64,000 nt of DNA from Myxococcota bacterium (GCA_040386535.1 JAZKFH010000032.1:96001-160000), one strand, 5' to 3'. Positions 38,355 through 51,978 are shown, counted from the stretch's first letter. Program-made: numbers and translations. Notes: generated from the letters alone by a model not told the origin.

Positions 38355-41111
<2,757 letters not shown>

Positions 41112-41205
41112 CGGCGGTACTCCACGAACCCGCGCGCATAACCCCAATCACGCCCGGGTGCGTGGTCGCGCGTGCGCGCGCCCGGCCGGGGCGCCGCCGG
41201 CAGGA

Positions 41206-42159
41206 TCAGGGCAGATACTCCAGGGGATCCACCTTTTCGCCGTCGATGAGCAGCTCGAAGTGCAGATGCGGGCCCGTGCTCATGCCGGTGCTCCCCACCA
41301 AGGCGATCACGTCGCCCGCAGCGACCAGATCGCCCTCCGCCACGGTGAATCGCGAGGCGTGGCAGTAACGAGTGGTCACGTCGTAGCCGTGGTCGACCAC
41401 GACGGTCCGACCGTGGCCGGAGTCCCAGTCGGCGTAGGTGACCAGGCCGTCGGACGTGGCGTAGATCGCCGTTCCGTACGGAGCGCCGAGGTCGAGCCCG
41501 GTATGCATCTTCCATTGGCGGCCGAACGGCGAGTGGCGGTAGCCGAAGGGCGACGTGAGCACGCCGTCGACCGGCCAGACCTGGGGGAGCGCGGACCGGA
41601 GGCCGTCGAACCGCCCGAGGAGCTCCTCGTAGTCGTCCAGGCCCGGAGTCAACACCCGGATGTCCTCTTCCAACGCCGCGAGATGGGCCTCGACCTCGCC
41701 GGGGAGCCGCTCCCGGTCGCCCGGCTCCCCGCTCGAGACCACGCCGTCGATCCACGCCTGGCGCGCGGCCGCCTCCGCGGGGTCGAGCGGACCGAAGCCC
41801 GGCAACGCCTCGCGCGCCTCGATCGCGCGCAGCTGGTCGTCGTAGGAGCGCACGCGCTCCACGAGCGGCGCGATGTCGGCGATCCGGCGGTCGACCTGGT
41901 CGAGGCGGGCCTTGAGCGCGAGGTTCTCGCCGACGAGCCGATCGTGCGCCACCACGCGGGGCAAGGTCGCCGCCTGGACCCCCGCCAGGACCACCAGGAC
42001 CACCACGCCGGTGGCGCCGAGCGCGAGCACGAGGCGGACGCGCCACAACGGCACACTCAGCTGCCAGACCTCGCCGCGCCCGCCCTCGGGCACGAGCATG
42101 ACCGTGTAGCGGGCGTCGGACGCCTCGCGCGGGACGGGCCTAGGCGAGCTCGTCGACAC
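41206..42159 (-). CDS. M23-family metallopeptidase
   Basis: HTGLD, TGPHLHFE, coiled coil and N-terminal TM. Confidence 0.9.
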   Translation of the reverse strand: MSTSSPRPVPREASDARYTVMLVPEGGRGEVWQLSVPLWRVRLVLALGATGVVVLVVLAGVQAATLPRVVAHDRLVGENLALKARLDQVDRRIADIAPLVERVRSYDDQLRAIEAREALPGFGPLDPAEAAARQAWIDGVVSSGEPGDRERLPGEVEAHLAALEEDIRVLTPGLDDYEELLGRFDGLRSALPQVWPVDGVLTSPFGYRHSPFGRQWKMHTGLDLGAPYGTAIYATSDGLVTYADWDSGHGRTVVVDHGYDVTTRYCHASRFTVAEGDLVAAGDVIALVGSTGMSTGPHLHFELLIDGEKVDPLEYLP

Positions 42160-42901
42160 GGGTGATCACCGCCGTGATGTTGTCGTCCCCACCCCGCGCG
42201 CACGCGAGCTGCACCAGGTGGCGCGCGGCTTCTTGCGGGTTCATCGAGCGGACGGCCTCTCCGAGCTCGGCGGGCTCGACGAGGTTGGACAGCCCGTCGC
42301 TACACAGCAGGAACCGATCGCCGCGACGCAGGGCGCGGACCTGGATGTCGATCTCGACGTCCTCGGTGTAGCCGAGCGAGCGCGTGATGATGTTCTTGAG
42401 CTTGTGGTGGCGAGCCTGCTCCGGCGTCAGCAGCCCGGCGCGGATCCGCTCGTTCACGAGGGAGTGATCCTCCGTGAGCTGCTCGATCCGGCCCTCGCGC
42501 ACGATGTAGCCGCGCGAGTCCCCCACGTGGGCCACGAACGCGTTCGACCCGTCCACCAGCAGGACGAGGCAGGTCGTCCCCATGCCGCGGTACTCGGGCT
42601 CGGCGTTGGCCTTCTCGAAGATGCGCTTGCCCGCGAGGCGGATGGCGTAGCGGAGCCGCTCGCGCATGACCTCGACCGCGCCCTCTTCCCGGGCCGCTTC
42701 GATCTCGGGCGAGGTTTCGAGGTCGGAGAGCACCTCTTCGACCGTGTTCACGGCGATCGCGCTCGCGAACTCGCCGCCGGCGTGGCCACCCATCCCGTCG
42801 CACACGACGAACAGGTTGAGCTCGTCGTTGATCAGGTAGTTGTCTTCGTTGTTCGTGCGCTTCACACCGACGTCGGTGATCCCGCAGGAGGTGATCCGCA
42901 T
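42140..42901 (-). CDS. PP2C-family Ser/Thr phosphatase
   Basis: NED, VCDGMGGH, HVGDSR, LCSDGL, GGDDNIT. Confidence 0.95.
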   Translation of the reverse strand: MRITSCGITDVGVKRTNNEDNYLINDELNLFVVCDGMGGHAGGEFASAIAVNTVEEVLSDLETSPEIEAAREEGAVEVMRERLRYAIRLAGKRIFEKANAEPEYRGMGTTCLVLLVDGSNAFVAHVGDSRGYIVREGRIEQLTEDHSLVNERIRAGLLTPEQARHHKLKNIITRSLGYTEDVEIDIQVRALRRGDRFLLCSDGLSNLVEPAELGEAVRSMNPQEAARHLVQLACARGGDDNITAVITRVDELA

Positions 42902-43013
42902 GGGCGTTCGCTTCCCTTCCCTGGGGGCGAATAGCGCGAGCGGACCCGAATGCCAAGCGTCGAGCGACGAGCTTCCGACAGAAGGAGACCGCCCGCCCCG
43001 ACTTCTCCTCGGC

Positions 43014-43895
43014 TTACGCCTCGCTGTCCACGCTCTCGTCCACGCCCTCGTCGACGTTCTGGGGCTCCGCGAGCGGGACCGCGCGGGCGGCATCGATCGC
43101 CGCGGCAAGGCGGCGCCACTCGGGCAGATCGAGCGTCTCGGCGCGGCGCTTGGAATCGACCCCCGCGGTGTCGCACGCGGCCTGCACGTCCGCCCGCATC
43201 ATCCCGCTCCCGAGCGAGTTCAGCAGCGTCTTGCGGCGGTGCTGGAAGCCGAGGCGCACGACGCGGTCGAACACCTGCGGAGTGACACCCCCGAAGTCGG
43301 GCTTCGCGAGGAGCTCGAAGCCGAGCACCACCGAGTGGACCTTCGGCGCCGGGTAGAACGCGCCGGGCGGCAGCGTGAGCACGGGGCGCACCCTCGCGCG
43401 GGCCTGCACCTGCACGGAGAGCGAGCCGCGCGAGGAGTGGCTCGGCCCCGCCTGGATGCGCTCGCCCACCTCGCGCTGGAACATGAGCACCATCGTCGAG
43501 AACAGGTCGGGCCGGTTCAGCAGGCGCAGCAGGAGCGGCGTCGCCACGTTGTAGGGCAGGTTGGCGATGACCTTCCACCCGGAGCCGGGGCACACCGTGT
43601 CGAGGTCCACGTGCATGGCGTCGGCTTCGAACAGGGTCAGGTCGGGCCAGAGCTCGCGGATGGCCGCCGCGAGATCACGGTCGATCTCGACACAGCGCAC
43701 ATCCGCGCCGGTGGCGCGCATACGCTCGGTCAGGACGCCCAGGCCGGGCCCGATCTCGAGCGCGTGGTCGGTCGGGGTGAGGCCCGCGGCGTAGACGATG
43801 CGGTCGACGGCCTCGTCGGAGACGAGGAAGTTCTGACCGAAGCGGCGACGGGCGCGCGTTTCGAGCTCGCGGAGACGGGTAGCGGGATGAATCAT
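43014..43895 (-). CDS. rsmA: 16S rRNA dimethyladenosine transferase
   Basis: GQNFL, EIGPGLG, ANLPY, MFQREV. Confidence 0.95.
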   Translation of the reverse strand: MIHPATRLRELETRARRRFGQNFLVSDEAVDRIVYAAGLTPTDHALEIGPGLGVLTERMRATGADVRCVEIDRDLAAAIRELWPDLTLFEADAMHVDLDTVCPGSGWKVIANLPYNVATPLLLRLLNRPDLFSTMVLMFQREVGERIQAGPSHSSRGSLSVQVQARARVRPVLTLPPGAFYPAPKVHSVVLGFELLAKPDFGGVTPQVFDRVVRLGFQHRRKTLLNSLGSGMMRADVQAACDTAGVDSKRRAETLDLPEWRRLAAAIDAARAVPLAEPQNVDEGVDESVDSEA

Positions 43896-44857
43896 GGGGT
43901 ACCGACCGCCCATCGTGGACGCGCGCTGGAGGGGCCGGGGGCGAGCCCGGCGAGGAGGCGCAGGCGCCCGACGTTGGCGATCATCGCGCCGTTGTCGGTG
44001 CACCGCGCGCGGGGCGGGAGGAAGGCCTGGAGGCCGCACGCGTCCACACGGGCGCGGATGCGACTGTTCGCCGCGGCCCCGCCGCCGATCGCGATCCGCT
44101 CGACGCCCGTACGGACGGCGGCGCGTTGGATCCGGTCGATGAGAACGTCGCTGACGGCCTCCTGGAAGCTCGCTGCGAGATCGGCCGGCGGCGTGTCGGG
44201 GAACCGCTCGAGGCGCGTGCGGACCGCGGTCTTGAGGCCGGAGAAGCTCATGTCGAGGTCTCCGACGCGCGGGCGGGGCAGCGGCACCGCGTTCGGGTCG
44301 CCTTCGAGGGCCAACGCGTCGACCAGCGGGCCCCCGGGGTACCCGAGGCCCAACATGCGTGCGACCTTGTCGAAGGCCTCGCCGACGGCGTCGTCGACGG
44401 TTTCGGCGAGGGTCCGGTACACGCCGACCTCCTCGGCGAGGTAGAGCGTCGTGTGCCCTCCGCTCACGACGAGCGCGAGGAACGGGAAGGCCGGGGCCGG
44501 CGCGTCGAGCAGGGGTGCCAGGAGGTGCCCTTCGAGGTGGTTGACCGGCATGAACGGGACGCCCCAGCCCAGCGCCGCCGCGCGCCCGAAGGACAGCCCC
44601 ACCAGCACGGCCCCGATCAGCCCGGGCCCCGCGGTGGCGGCGACGGCATCGGGGCGCTCCACGCCCGCGCGTTCGAGGGCGGCGCGCACGACCGGCGCGA
44701 TCTGCTCTACGTGGGCGCGGCTGGCGAGCTCGGGGACCACGCCGCCGTACGCGGCGTGGATCGCCTGCCCATAGACCACGTCGGAGAGCACCCCTTCGGG
44801 CCCCACCACGGCGGCCGCCGTCTCGTCACAGGAGGACTCGATGCCGAGCACGCGCAT
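43892..44857 (-). CDS. tsaD: t6A biosynthesis protein TsaD
   Basis: GIESSCDET, HLEGH, VSGGHT, DDAVGEAFDK, CTDNGAMI. Confidence 0.97.
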   Translation of the reverse strand: MRVLGIESSCDETAAAVVGPEGVLSDVVYGQAIHAAYGGVVPELASRAHVEQIAPVVRAALERAGVERPDAVAATAGPGLIGAVLVGLSFGRAAALGWGVPFMPVNHLEGHLLAPLLDAPAPAFPFLALVVSGGHTTLYLAEEVGVYRTLAETVDDAVGEAFDKVARMLGLGYPGGPLVDALALEGDPNAVPLPRPRVGDLDMSFSGLKTAVRTRLERFPDTPPADLAASFQEAVSDVLIDRIQRAAVRTGVERIAIGGGAAANSRIRARVDACGLQAFLPPRARCTDNGAMIANVGRLRLLAGLAPGPSSARPRWAVGTP

Positions 44858-45846
44858 CAGACCGCCAACGCCGGTTCCGATGGCCGAGGGCCGGAGGGCC
44901 CCGCGGGAAACCGTGCGAAGAGGACCAGGGCGATCGCGAGGAGGACGATGCCGCCGGCGACCCCCGTGATGCCGACCACCTGGGGCACGCCGCCGGAGAG
45001 GACGAGCTCGTGGAAGCCCCCGAGCGCCGTGAGCACGCCGTGCGCGAGCGCCGCGGCCCAGACGGTGCCGGCGGCCTCCCGCAGCCACGCCAGCAGCGCG
45101 CCGAGCGGGATGGAGGCGCCCACGAGCACCAGCGTCCCCTCGACCGGCGCGTCCGGGAAGTACCCCAACGACAGCACCAGGGGCACGTGCCAGAGGCCCC
45201 AGAGGACGCCGATCCCCAGCGCGGCGGGCCAGAACCCCAGCGGCCGGAGCTCGCGCAGGAGCACGCCACGCCAGCCGATCTCCTCGGCGAACGCCAGCGG
45301 CGTGTAGAAGAACAACCCGACGATCAGCGCCTGGACCGACGCGAGCACGGCGTACGGGACCTGGGAGGCGGCGAGCCCCTCCTGGACCTTGGCGGCGGCG
45401 TCCGCGCCTCGGACGGCCAGGACGCGCTCGACGATGGGGCCGCCGGTCAGGTCGAGGGTGCCCCAGCCGAAGAGGTGCGCGACGAGCGCGGACGCCCACA
45501 CGACCAGGACGGGGCCCAACCAGGAGAGCAACACCATGCCGTCGAACCGCAGCCCCGTGTCGAGGCTGGCGACGGGCTCGCGCACCACGAACCGCTTCCA
45601 CACCAGCGAGGCGAGCAGGGGCCCGACGAGGAACGGAACCGCGAGGGCGAGGCTCCAATACCCCTCGACCGGAACGTCCGCGAGGTACACGACGGCCGCG
45701 ACGCCCCAGCTCCACGCGAAACACAGCGCGATCCAGGAGCCCGCGCGGCGAACGAGCGAGGCGGTGACGAGGTTCGCCGTGCCGGAGGGCGCCGCTCGAG
45801 AGGGCTCGGTGTCGGAGGACGCCGTGTGGGAGGGCTCGGAGCTCAA
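44857..45846 (-). CDS. CPBP-family intramembrane metalloprotease
   Basis: EEIGWRG, WGLWH, AH motifs; multiple TM segments. Confidence 0.88.
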   Translation of the reverse strand: MSSEPSHTASSDTEPSRAAPSGTANLVTASLVRRAGSWIALCFAWSWGVAAVVYLADVPVEGYWSLALAVPFLVGPLLASLVWKRFVVREPVASLDTGLRFDGMVLLSWLGPVLVVWASALVAHLFGWGTLDLTGGPIVERVLAVRGADAAAKVQEGLAASQVPYAVLASVQALIVGLFFYTPLAFAEEIGWRGVLLRELRPLGFWPAALGIGVLWGLWHVPLVLSLGYFPDAPVEGTLVLVGASIPLGALLAWLREAAGTVWAAALAHGVLTALGGFHELVLSGGVPQVVGITGVAGGIVLLAIALVLFARFPAGPSGPRPSEPALAV

Positions 45847-47366
45847 TGCACCACCTGGGGAAGGTACGTCAGCGGGTCGAAGCGGCCTCCGTCCTGCTTC
45901 CCGTCATGACACCCGACACAGCGATCGGCACCCGGCGCCGCGATCATCTCGACCGAGGGCGGATTGGCGACGTGCGCCTTGCCGGGGCCATGGCAGGCCT
46001 CGCAGCCGACGGACTCCAGGCCGGCGACCGCGCCGGGGTCCTGGGGACCGTCCGGATGCAGGGCGCCGGTGACGTGACAGGAGAAGCAGGCGCGGTCGCG
46101 CTCGTTGTTGGTCTTCACCAGGGTTGCCCAGGCGTGGGCGTGCGCGGTGCTGCTCCACTGCTTCGCCTGGTCCGCGTGGCATCCCGTGCACGCGCTCGAC
46201 CCGGCGAACGGGCCGCTGGCGATCGCGGACACCGTCGAGATGGTCTCCACCGCGCCGATCGCGACCTTGGCCTTCGCGACGAGCGCGGCGGTGGCGGGGT
46301 GATCGACGAGCTCGGCCCCGAGATCGACGAGGCGGTTGGTGGCGCGGTGGACGGGGCCCGTGGCGTCCGCGGCGGTCGCGAGCGAGGCGTCCAGCTCCTT
46401 CAGCTTCCCTTCGAAGAAGGACGCCTGCTTGGCGAGGCGCTCGCGCGAGGGGTCGTCCGTGGCCGCCGCCTGGCGCTTCTTCAGCTCGGCGAGCCGCGTG
46501 CTGTAGCTGTCCCGCTGGTCGGCGAGCCGCGCGAGCACCTGCCCGTCCCGCCAGACGGTGGCGCCGGGGGTGAGGGTGAACGCCAACACGCCCAGCTGCT
46601 TTCCGCGGGAGCCCGCCGAGAGCAGCATGCCGCCGTTGGGCAGCGCGCGCGGCTGCTCGAGCTGCTGGCGGTCATGGCCGTTGACGATCAGCGCGACGCT
46701 GGGGACGGCGGCCGCGAGCGCCTCGTCCTCCTGCACCTTCTGGCCGGAGAGCACGATGACCACGTCGGCCGGCGCGGCCTGGACGGCGGCCAGGACCGCC
46801 TGGGTCGGCTCCGTGACGTGACAGGAGGGCTCCTTCAGGGAATTCCCCGAGACGCCGACCACCGTGAACGACTGCCCACCGCGCTCGAAGTGCACGTACG
46901 CAGGAAAGGGCGCGGCCCCGCCACACTCGAGGTTGGCGGCCACGTAGGGCAGCGCATGGGCGGCGGCGAGCTCACGCACGGTGGGCAGCCCCAGCGCCAG
47001 ATCGCCCGCGCCGGGGAGCATCGCGTCCACCCCGGCGAGCGCGTAGGCCTCGGCCAGGAGCCGCGCCTTCTCCACCTGCTGAGCCCGCTCTTCCGGGCGC
47101 ACCACGGCCTTGCCCGCGAACAGGTTGCCGGCGTCGACCACGACCACCGGCCCCTCCGTGCGGAGCCCCTCGATCACCGTATTTCGCCTGGACAGACCGC
47201 CCAGAGGATGACGGGGTCAACCACATGGCTCGATCTCGCCGTCGAGGTTCCCCGCGTACGCGAGGGTCACCCCGGTGGCGGTGGGCGTGGCGACCGGCTC
47301 GCCCGCGCCACAGGCCGCGAGTGCAATGGCCGCGGCGGCCACGTACACGCGCCGGCGCCACCTCAC
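45843..47366 (-). CDS. selenocysteine-containing lipoprotein: UshA-like N-terminal domain + tetraheme cytochrome c
   Basis: GTG start coupled to the upstream stop; lipobox LAAC; GEIEPCG-UGA-PRHPLGGLSRR with in-frame UGA at 47217-47219; SECIS-like hairpin; four CxxCH motifs. Confidence 0.85.
47188..47204 (-). promoter_or_regulatory. bacterial SECIS-like hairpin
   Basis: CTGGGC-GGTCT-GTCCAG stem-loop starting 12 nt after the in-frame UGA. Confidence 0.75.
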
Positions 47367-48877
47367 TTGGGGGCCCCGGGCAAGCCGGGCGTCAGCGGGG
47401 GCGTCGGAACGCCGGCGCGCTCGCTCTCGATGCGCTCGCGCCGCTCGGTCTTCTCGTCGTCACCCGTTGCCTTGCGACGATGCTCGCGCATGAGGTCCTT
47501 CACGACGTCGATGAGCCCGTTGTCGATGATGTAGACCTCGGGGAACTCGACGGCGCGGGCGTAGAAACGCTCGCGCTCGTGGCCCTCGGGGTCGAGCATC
47601 GGGGGGGCGTTGTCCCCGACCACGATCGTGCGGGCCTCTCCGCCGCGGTCGTTCATCACGATCGTGGCGCGGGGCTTCTCGAAGCCGTACTTGCCGTCCG
47701 CGGCGACCTCGGCCACGAACTCGTCGGCCTGGACGTTGGCGACGCGAGTGGCGAGGCGCTTGGGGGTGCTGCCGCGGACCGGCACGCCGGTGTCCCAGAA
47801 CCACTTGTCGGCTTCCATCTTCACGGTGACCGTGCCGGTGAGGTCGGGATCCCGCTCGTCCCCCGAGAAGGTGGTGACGAGCGACGCGAGCGTGTTCGGG
47901 TCCATCCGGGCGAACCGCTTGAGGCGGAAGGTCTCCGGGTCGGCGAGGTAGTCCTCGAGCAGGCCGTCGCGAGCGGCGTAGACGGTCGGCTCCTCGGCGA
48001 GCTTGACGTAGGCGAGCACGTACTCGCCGTCCTTCTCGCCGGTCGCGGCGCCGAGGAGCAATGTGAGCGGCTCGCGGCCGGAGAAGCGGATGGTGACGCG
48101 CGCGCGGGGCTTGTCCAGGCCGAACTTCGCGAGATCCGAATCGTCGTCCGTCACGAACTGGATGGCCTTGAGCGCCGAGACCCGCCCGAGCAGGCCGCGG
48201 ATCTCGCTGTCGTTCGCCGCGAACTGCTTGGGCTCGAGCATGTCCCAGCTGCGTTCGCCCGTGCGCTGGAAGGCGAGGCGCTTGCCCTCGGGGAGGTCGG
48301 CCAGGAGCGCGTCGACGTCCTTGCTGTCGAACGAGGCGAAGCGCCGCTCGCGGAACTCCGAGAGCGAGAGGCTGTAGTAGTCGACCGCGCTCTTCTTGAC
48401 GGTGTAGACCGCGGTGTCCCCGGTCTTGCGGATGTAGAAGCTGACGCCGGAGGGGTTCGGATCGCCCGCGTCGAATTCTTCGGTGGAGCCGTCCCGGAAG
48501 GTGAGCTTCACGTGGATGGTGCTCGATCCGAGGCCGTACAAGGCCTCGTCCGTCGGGCCCTCCACCACGGTGGCGCGCGCCACGAGGTCGTGGAGCTGGT
48601 GCTTGACCCGGTTCACCATCGACCGGCTGGCGCGGAGCTGCTCGCCTTCGAGCCACCAGCCGTCCGCGCGCTCGCCCAGCACGATCACGCCCTCGGGGCG
48701 GGTCACCTCGATCTTGACGAGGTTGGCCTTCTCGAAGACGAAGATGGGGCGCTCGACGCCCTTCAGGGCCGCCTTCTTCTCGGCGGGGGTGAGGTCGACG
48801 GGACGCACCATCCACAACGTCCCGAGCAGGGCGAGGAGCGCCACGAGCGCGAGCAGGGTGCCGCGAAACGCCTTCAT
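47363..48877 (-). CDS. DUF4340-like domain protein
   Basis: N-terminal TM; repeated YGL/FGL..P modules; follows the GldG-like gene. Confidence 0.75.
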   Translation of the reverse strand: MKAFRGTLLALVALLALLGTLWMVRPVDLTPAEKKAALKGVERPIFVFEKANLVKIEVTRPEGVIVLGERADGWWLEGEQLRASRSMVNRVKHQLHDLVARATVVEGPTDEALYGLGSSTIHVKLTFRDGSTEEFDAGDPNPSGVSFYIRKTGDTAVYTVKKSAVDYYSLSLSEFRERRFASFDSKDVDALLADLPEGKRLAFQRTGERSWDMLEPKQFAANDSEIRGLLGRVSALKAIQFVTDDDSDLAKFGLDKPRARVTIRFSGREPLTLLLGAATGEKDGEYVLAYVKLAEEPTVYAARDGLLEDYLADPETFRLKRFARMDPNTLASLVTTFSGDERDPDLTGTVTVKMEADKWFWDTGVPVRGSTPKRLATRVANVQADEFVAEVAADGKYGFEKPRATIVMNDRGGEARTIVVGDNAPPMLDPEGHERERFYARAVEFPEVYIIDNGLIDVVKDLMREHRRKATGDDEKTERRERIESERAGVPTPPLTPGLPGAPK

Positions 48878-48902
48878 GCTGCTCCCTTGGCCCCGAAGGG
48901 GC

Positions 48903-50357
48903 TCATCGACCGCGCCGCGAGGCCCATACCCCGGCGCCGAGCAACACCGCCAGGAGCGGGCCGATCGAGAGCACGAGCCAGCGCACCTTGCCAAGATCCT
49001 CGGACGAGAGCGCGAGGCGCCGCACCATGCTCGGGCGGCCGACGACGGAGAGCCGGCCTTCGTCGCCGAGGAGCCAGCGGAAGGTGTTGATCGCGAAGCT
49101 GGCGTTGCCGGGGCCCTCGGAGAGGAGCCCGTTCCCGATCGCGTCCGCGTCACCGAGGACGACCACGCGGGCGCGGCCACGCTTGACCATGCCGGAGTCG
49201 GGGCCCAGCTCGAGGGCGAGCGCCATCGTGGCGGGGCCCGCACCGTCGACGGCGGACTCGAACGTTGCCTGCCCGCTCTCGAGCGCGCCGCCGCGTTCGA
49301 TCCACCCGTCCCGCGAGGTCTCCAGCAGCGTGGAGGCGCGGATGCCCTCGCGCGGGGGGACGGCGGCCTGGAGCGGCGCCGCGCGCGACACGACGGTGAC
49401 GAGCGCCTGGTCGGAGAGGTCCTTGGTGATCGGGTGCGACTTGTACCGGGGCACGGGGCGATCCGGGTACGGGAACACCAGCAGCTTGTCGAGCACGATG
49501 CCCTCGGGCACCACCACGCCCAGCCGGCCGAGCAGGCCCGGCACGAACGAGCCGGGCTCGACCGCGAAGAGGAGCGATCCACCCGTGGCGAGGTAGGCCA
49601 GGAGCAGGTCCTCTTCGAGGAGGGGGATGGCGACGCGCGGACGCGCGATGACGACGGCCGCGGCGTCATCCGGGACGCGGGGGGCGGCCTCCTCGCGATC
49701 CCGGACGAAGTCGAGCTTTTTGAGCTCGTAGTTCTCCTGATCGAGCGCCGCCTTCAGGTCGGCGAGTCCGTCGGGATCGCGCCCCTCGGGGTCGAGCTCG
49801 CCGTGGCCGACGAGGGCGTAGACGACACGCCGGCTGTCCGACATCAGCTGGGAGAAGGCGCGGTTGATGGCGGCCTCGCCGAGGAACTCGATCTTGCGGT
49901 CGTCCCCCTTGCCGGAGCGGCGGAACAGGTCGCGATCCGCCAGATCGACGCGGCGCTCGCCGCGCTGCACGACAACGGTGCCGTAGTCGGTCACCCCGAG
50001 CTTCTCGGCGGTGAGGCGCTCCTTGTCGAAGTCGATGAACTTCGTCTCGACCACGGCCGAGTTGTAGTCCATCTCCTCGAGCAGGTCCTGGAGCTGCCGG
50101 TCCTTGAAGTAGGACTCCTTCTTGCCGCGCTGCGCCGAGAACGCCGTGACGGTCACCGCCGAGGCGTCCCGGTCGAGCAGATCGAGCTTGTTCACCGTAT
50201 CCGCGGCGAGCACGCTGCCCTGATCGGCTGAGAGGTCTACGCGGATTCGGAAGCGGTCGACCAGCAGGTACACGACGACCACCGCCGCCACGACGAGGAA
50301 GGTCACGATCGTGGCGTTGGAGCCCACCGCGAGGCGGCGCTGCAGGGTGCGGTTCAT
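48903..50357 (-). CDS. GldG-family ABC transporter auxiliary component
   Basis: RVDLS, YALVGHGE, HPIT, VVVLGD; TM at both ends. Confidence 0.85.
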   Translation of the reverse strand: MNRTLQRRLAVGSNATIVTFLVVAAVVVVYLLVDRFRIRVDLSADQGSVLAADTVNKLDLLDRDASAVTVTAFSAQRGKKESYFKDRQLQDLLEEMDYNSAVVETKFIDFDKERLTAEKLGVTDYGTVVVQRGERRVDLADRDLFRRSGKGDDRKIEFLGEAAINRAFSQLMSDSRRVVYALVGHGELDPEGRDPDGLADLKAALDQENYELKKLDFVRDREEAAPRVPDDAAAVVIARPRVAIPLLEEDLLLAYLATGGSLLFAVEPGSFVPGLLGRLGVVVPEGIVLDKLLVFPYPDRPVPRYKSHPITKDLSDQALVTVVSRAAPLQAAVPPREGIRASTLLETSRDGWIERGGALESGQATFESAVDGAGPATMALALELGPDSGMVKRGRARVVVLGDADAIGNGLLSEGPGNASFAINTFRWLLGDEGRLSVVGRPSMVRRLALSSEDLGKVRWLVLSIGPLLAVLLGAGVWASRRGR

Positions 50358-51064
50358 CGCCACCGGCGCGACTCCAGCGACCGGAAGGTCAGGAAGAGGA
50401 AGACACCGGTGAAGGCGACGAAGTAGAAGATGTCCGCGCTGTCGAGCACGCCTCGGTTGAACGAGTCGAGGTGGACGAGCACGGAGAGCGGGCGCACGGC
50501 GTCGGCCCAGGTCTCGGGCAGGAGCGCTTCGGCCCTGCCGACCAGCCAGAACGGCAGCAGGATCACGATGCCGACGAGGCCGGCGGCCACCTGGTCGTCC
50601 GTGAGCGAGGACGCGAACAGCCCCGCCGCGCAGAACGCCGCGGCGACGCCGACCAGCCCGAGGTAGCTCGTGAAGATCACGCCCCAGTCAGGATCGCCGT
50701 AGTAGGCGAGGACCAGCGGGAACACGAGCGTGCCGAGGAACATCAGCAGGCACAACGTCAGCGATGCGAGCCACTTGCCGATGACGATGGAGCCGAGCGA
50801 CACCGGCGCGGTCATCAGGAGCTCGAGCGTGCCCTGGCGACGCTCCTCCGCGAAGTGGCGCATCGTGAGCATCGGGAGCACGAACAGCTGGATGATCGCG
50901 AGGTTGCCGACGAGGACGCGCAGCGACGCCTCTCCCGTGAGCGTGACGCCCAGGTAGAAGAACAGCCCCGCGAGGAACAGGAACGCTGAGAGAAACACGT
51001 AGGCGAGCGGGCTCACGAAGTAGATCCGGAGCTCCTTCTTCCACAGGGTCAGCACACCCTTCAC
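50354..51064 (-). CDS. GldF-like ABC-2 permease
   Basis: KEL..YF.SP.AY, MR.FAEERRQGTLELL.TAP. Confidence 0.9.
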   Translation of the reverse strand: MKGVLTLWKKELRIYFVSPLAYVFLSAFLFLAGLFFYLGVTLTGEASLRVLVGNLAIIQLFVLPMLTMRHFAEERRQGTLELLMTAPVSLGSIVIGKWLASLTLCLLMFLGTLVFPLVLAYYGDPDWGVIFTSYLGLVGVAAAFCAAGLFASSLTDDQVAAGLVGIVILLPFWLVGRAEALLPETWADAVRPLSVLVHLDSFNRGVLDSADIFYFVAFTGVFLFLTFRSLESRRWR

Positions 51065-51978
51065 TCGCGCCCCACGATGCCGACGAAGGCCTCTTCGAGG
51101 GTGGGGAGGCGACGCTCCAGCGTGCGCACCCGCCCGCCGACGGCCTGTGCCAGCGCGGCGATGGCGACGCGCGGATCCTGCTTCGCGGTGACCCGGAACG
51201 AGCGCCACGATCCGTCCTGGCCGAGGGGCTCGACGAGATCGACCTCGGGGAGGGCGCCGAGGCGCGGACCGTCGATCCCCTCGACCTCGGCGAGGTACCA
51301 CTCGCCGCCGGGGGCCATCGCGCGGAGCTCGGCGATGGAGCCCTGGGCCACGAGCCTGCCCTTGGCGATGACGAGGGCCCGCGGGCAGAGCGCCTCGACC
51401 TCGGAGAGGATGTGTGTGGAGAGGATCACCGTGTGGGTGCCGGCCAGCGAGAGCACGAGGTCACGGATGCCGACCAGCTGTGCCGGGTCGAGGCCGCTCG
51501 TGGGCTCGTCGAGGATGAGCACCGGGGGATCGTGGAGCAGCGCCTGGGCGAGGCCGACCCGCTGGCGGTACCCCTTCGAGAGGGACCCGAGCACGCGGCG
51601 CTCCCAGCCCGAGAGGCCGACTCGCTCCATCACGCTGCCGGTGCGCTGGTGGCGGGCACGCCCGCTGAAGCCGCGCAGCTCGGCGATGAAGAGGAGGTAG
51701 TCCCCCACCGTGAGCTCGGGGTAGAGCGGCGGCGACTCGGGCAGGTAGCCGACGCGCCGCTTGACCTCCATCGGGGACTCGAACACGTCGAACCCGGCGA
51801 CGCGCGCATCCCCCCCCGTGGCGGGGAGGAACCCGGTCAGGATCCGCATCGTCGTCGTCTTTCCGGCGCCGTTCGGTCCGAGAAAGCCGACGATTTCGCC
51901 CTTTCCGACGGTGAAGGAGACGTCGTTGAGCGCGAGGCGGGAGCCATAGGACTTGGTGAGGGCGACGGCTTCGATCAT
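51061..51978 (-). CDS. GldA-like ABC transporter ATP-binding protein
   Basis: GPNGAGKTT, LSKGYRQRVG, ILDEPTSGLDP. Confidence 0.93.
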   Translation of the reverse strand: MIEAVALTKSYGSRLALNDVSFTVGKGEIVGFLGPNGAGKTTTMRILTGFLPATGGDARVAGFDVFESPMEVKRRVGYLPESPPLYPELTVGDYLLFIAELRGFSGRARHQRTGSVMERVGLSGWERRVLGSLSKGYRQRVGLAQALLHDPPVLILDEPTSGLDPAQLVGIRDLVLSLAGTHTVILSTHILSEVEALCPRALVIAKGRLVAQGSIAELRAMAPGGEWYLAEVEGIDGPRLGALPEVDLVEPLGQDGSWRSFRVTAKQDPRVAIAALAQAVGGRVRTLERRLPTLEEAFVGIVGRE

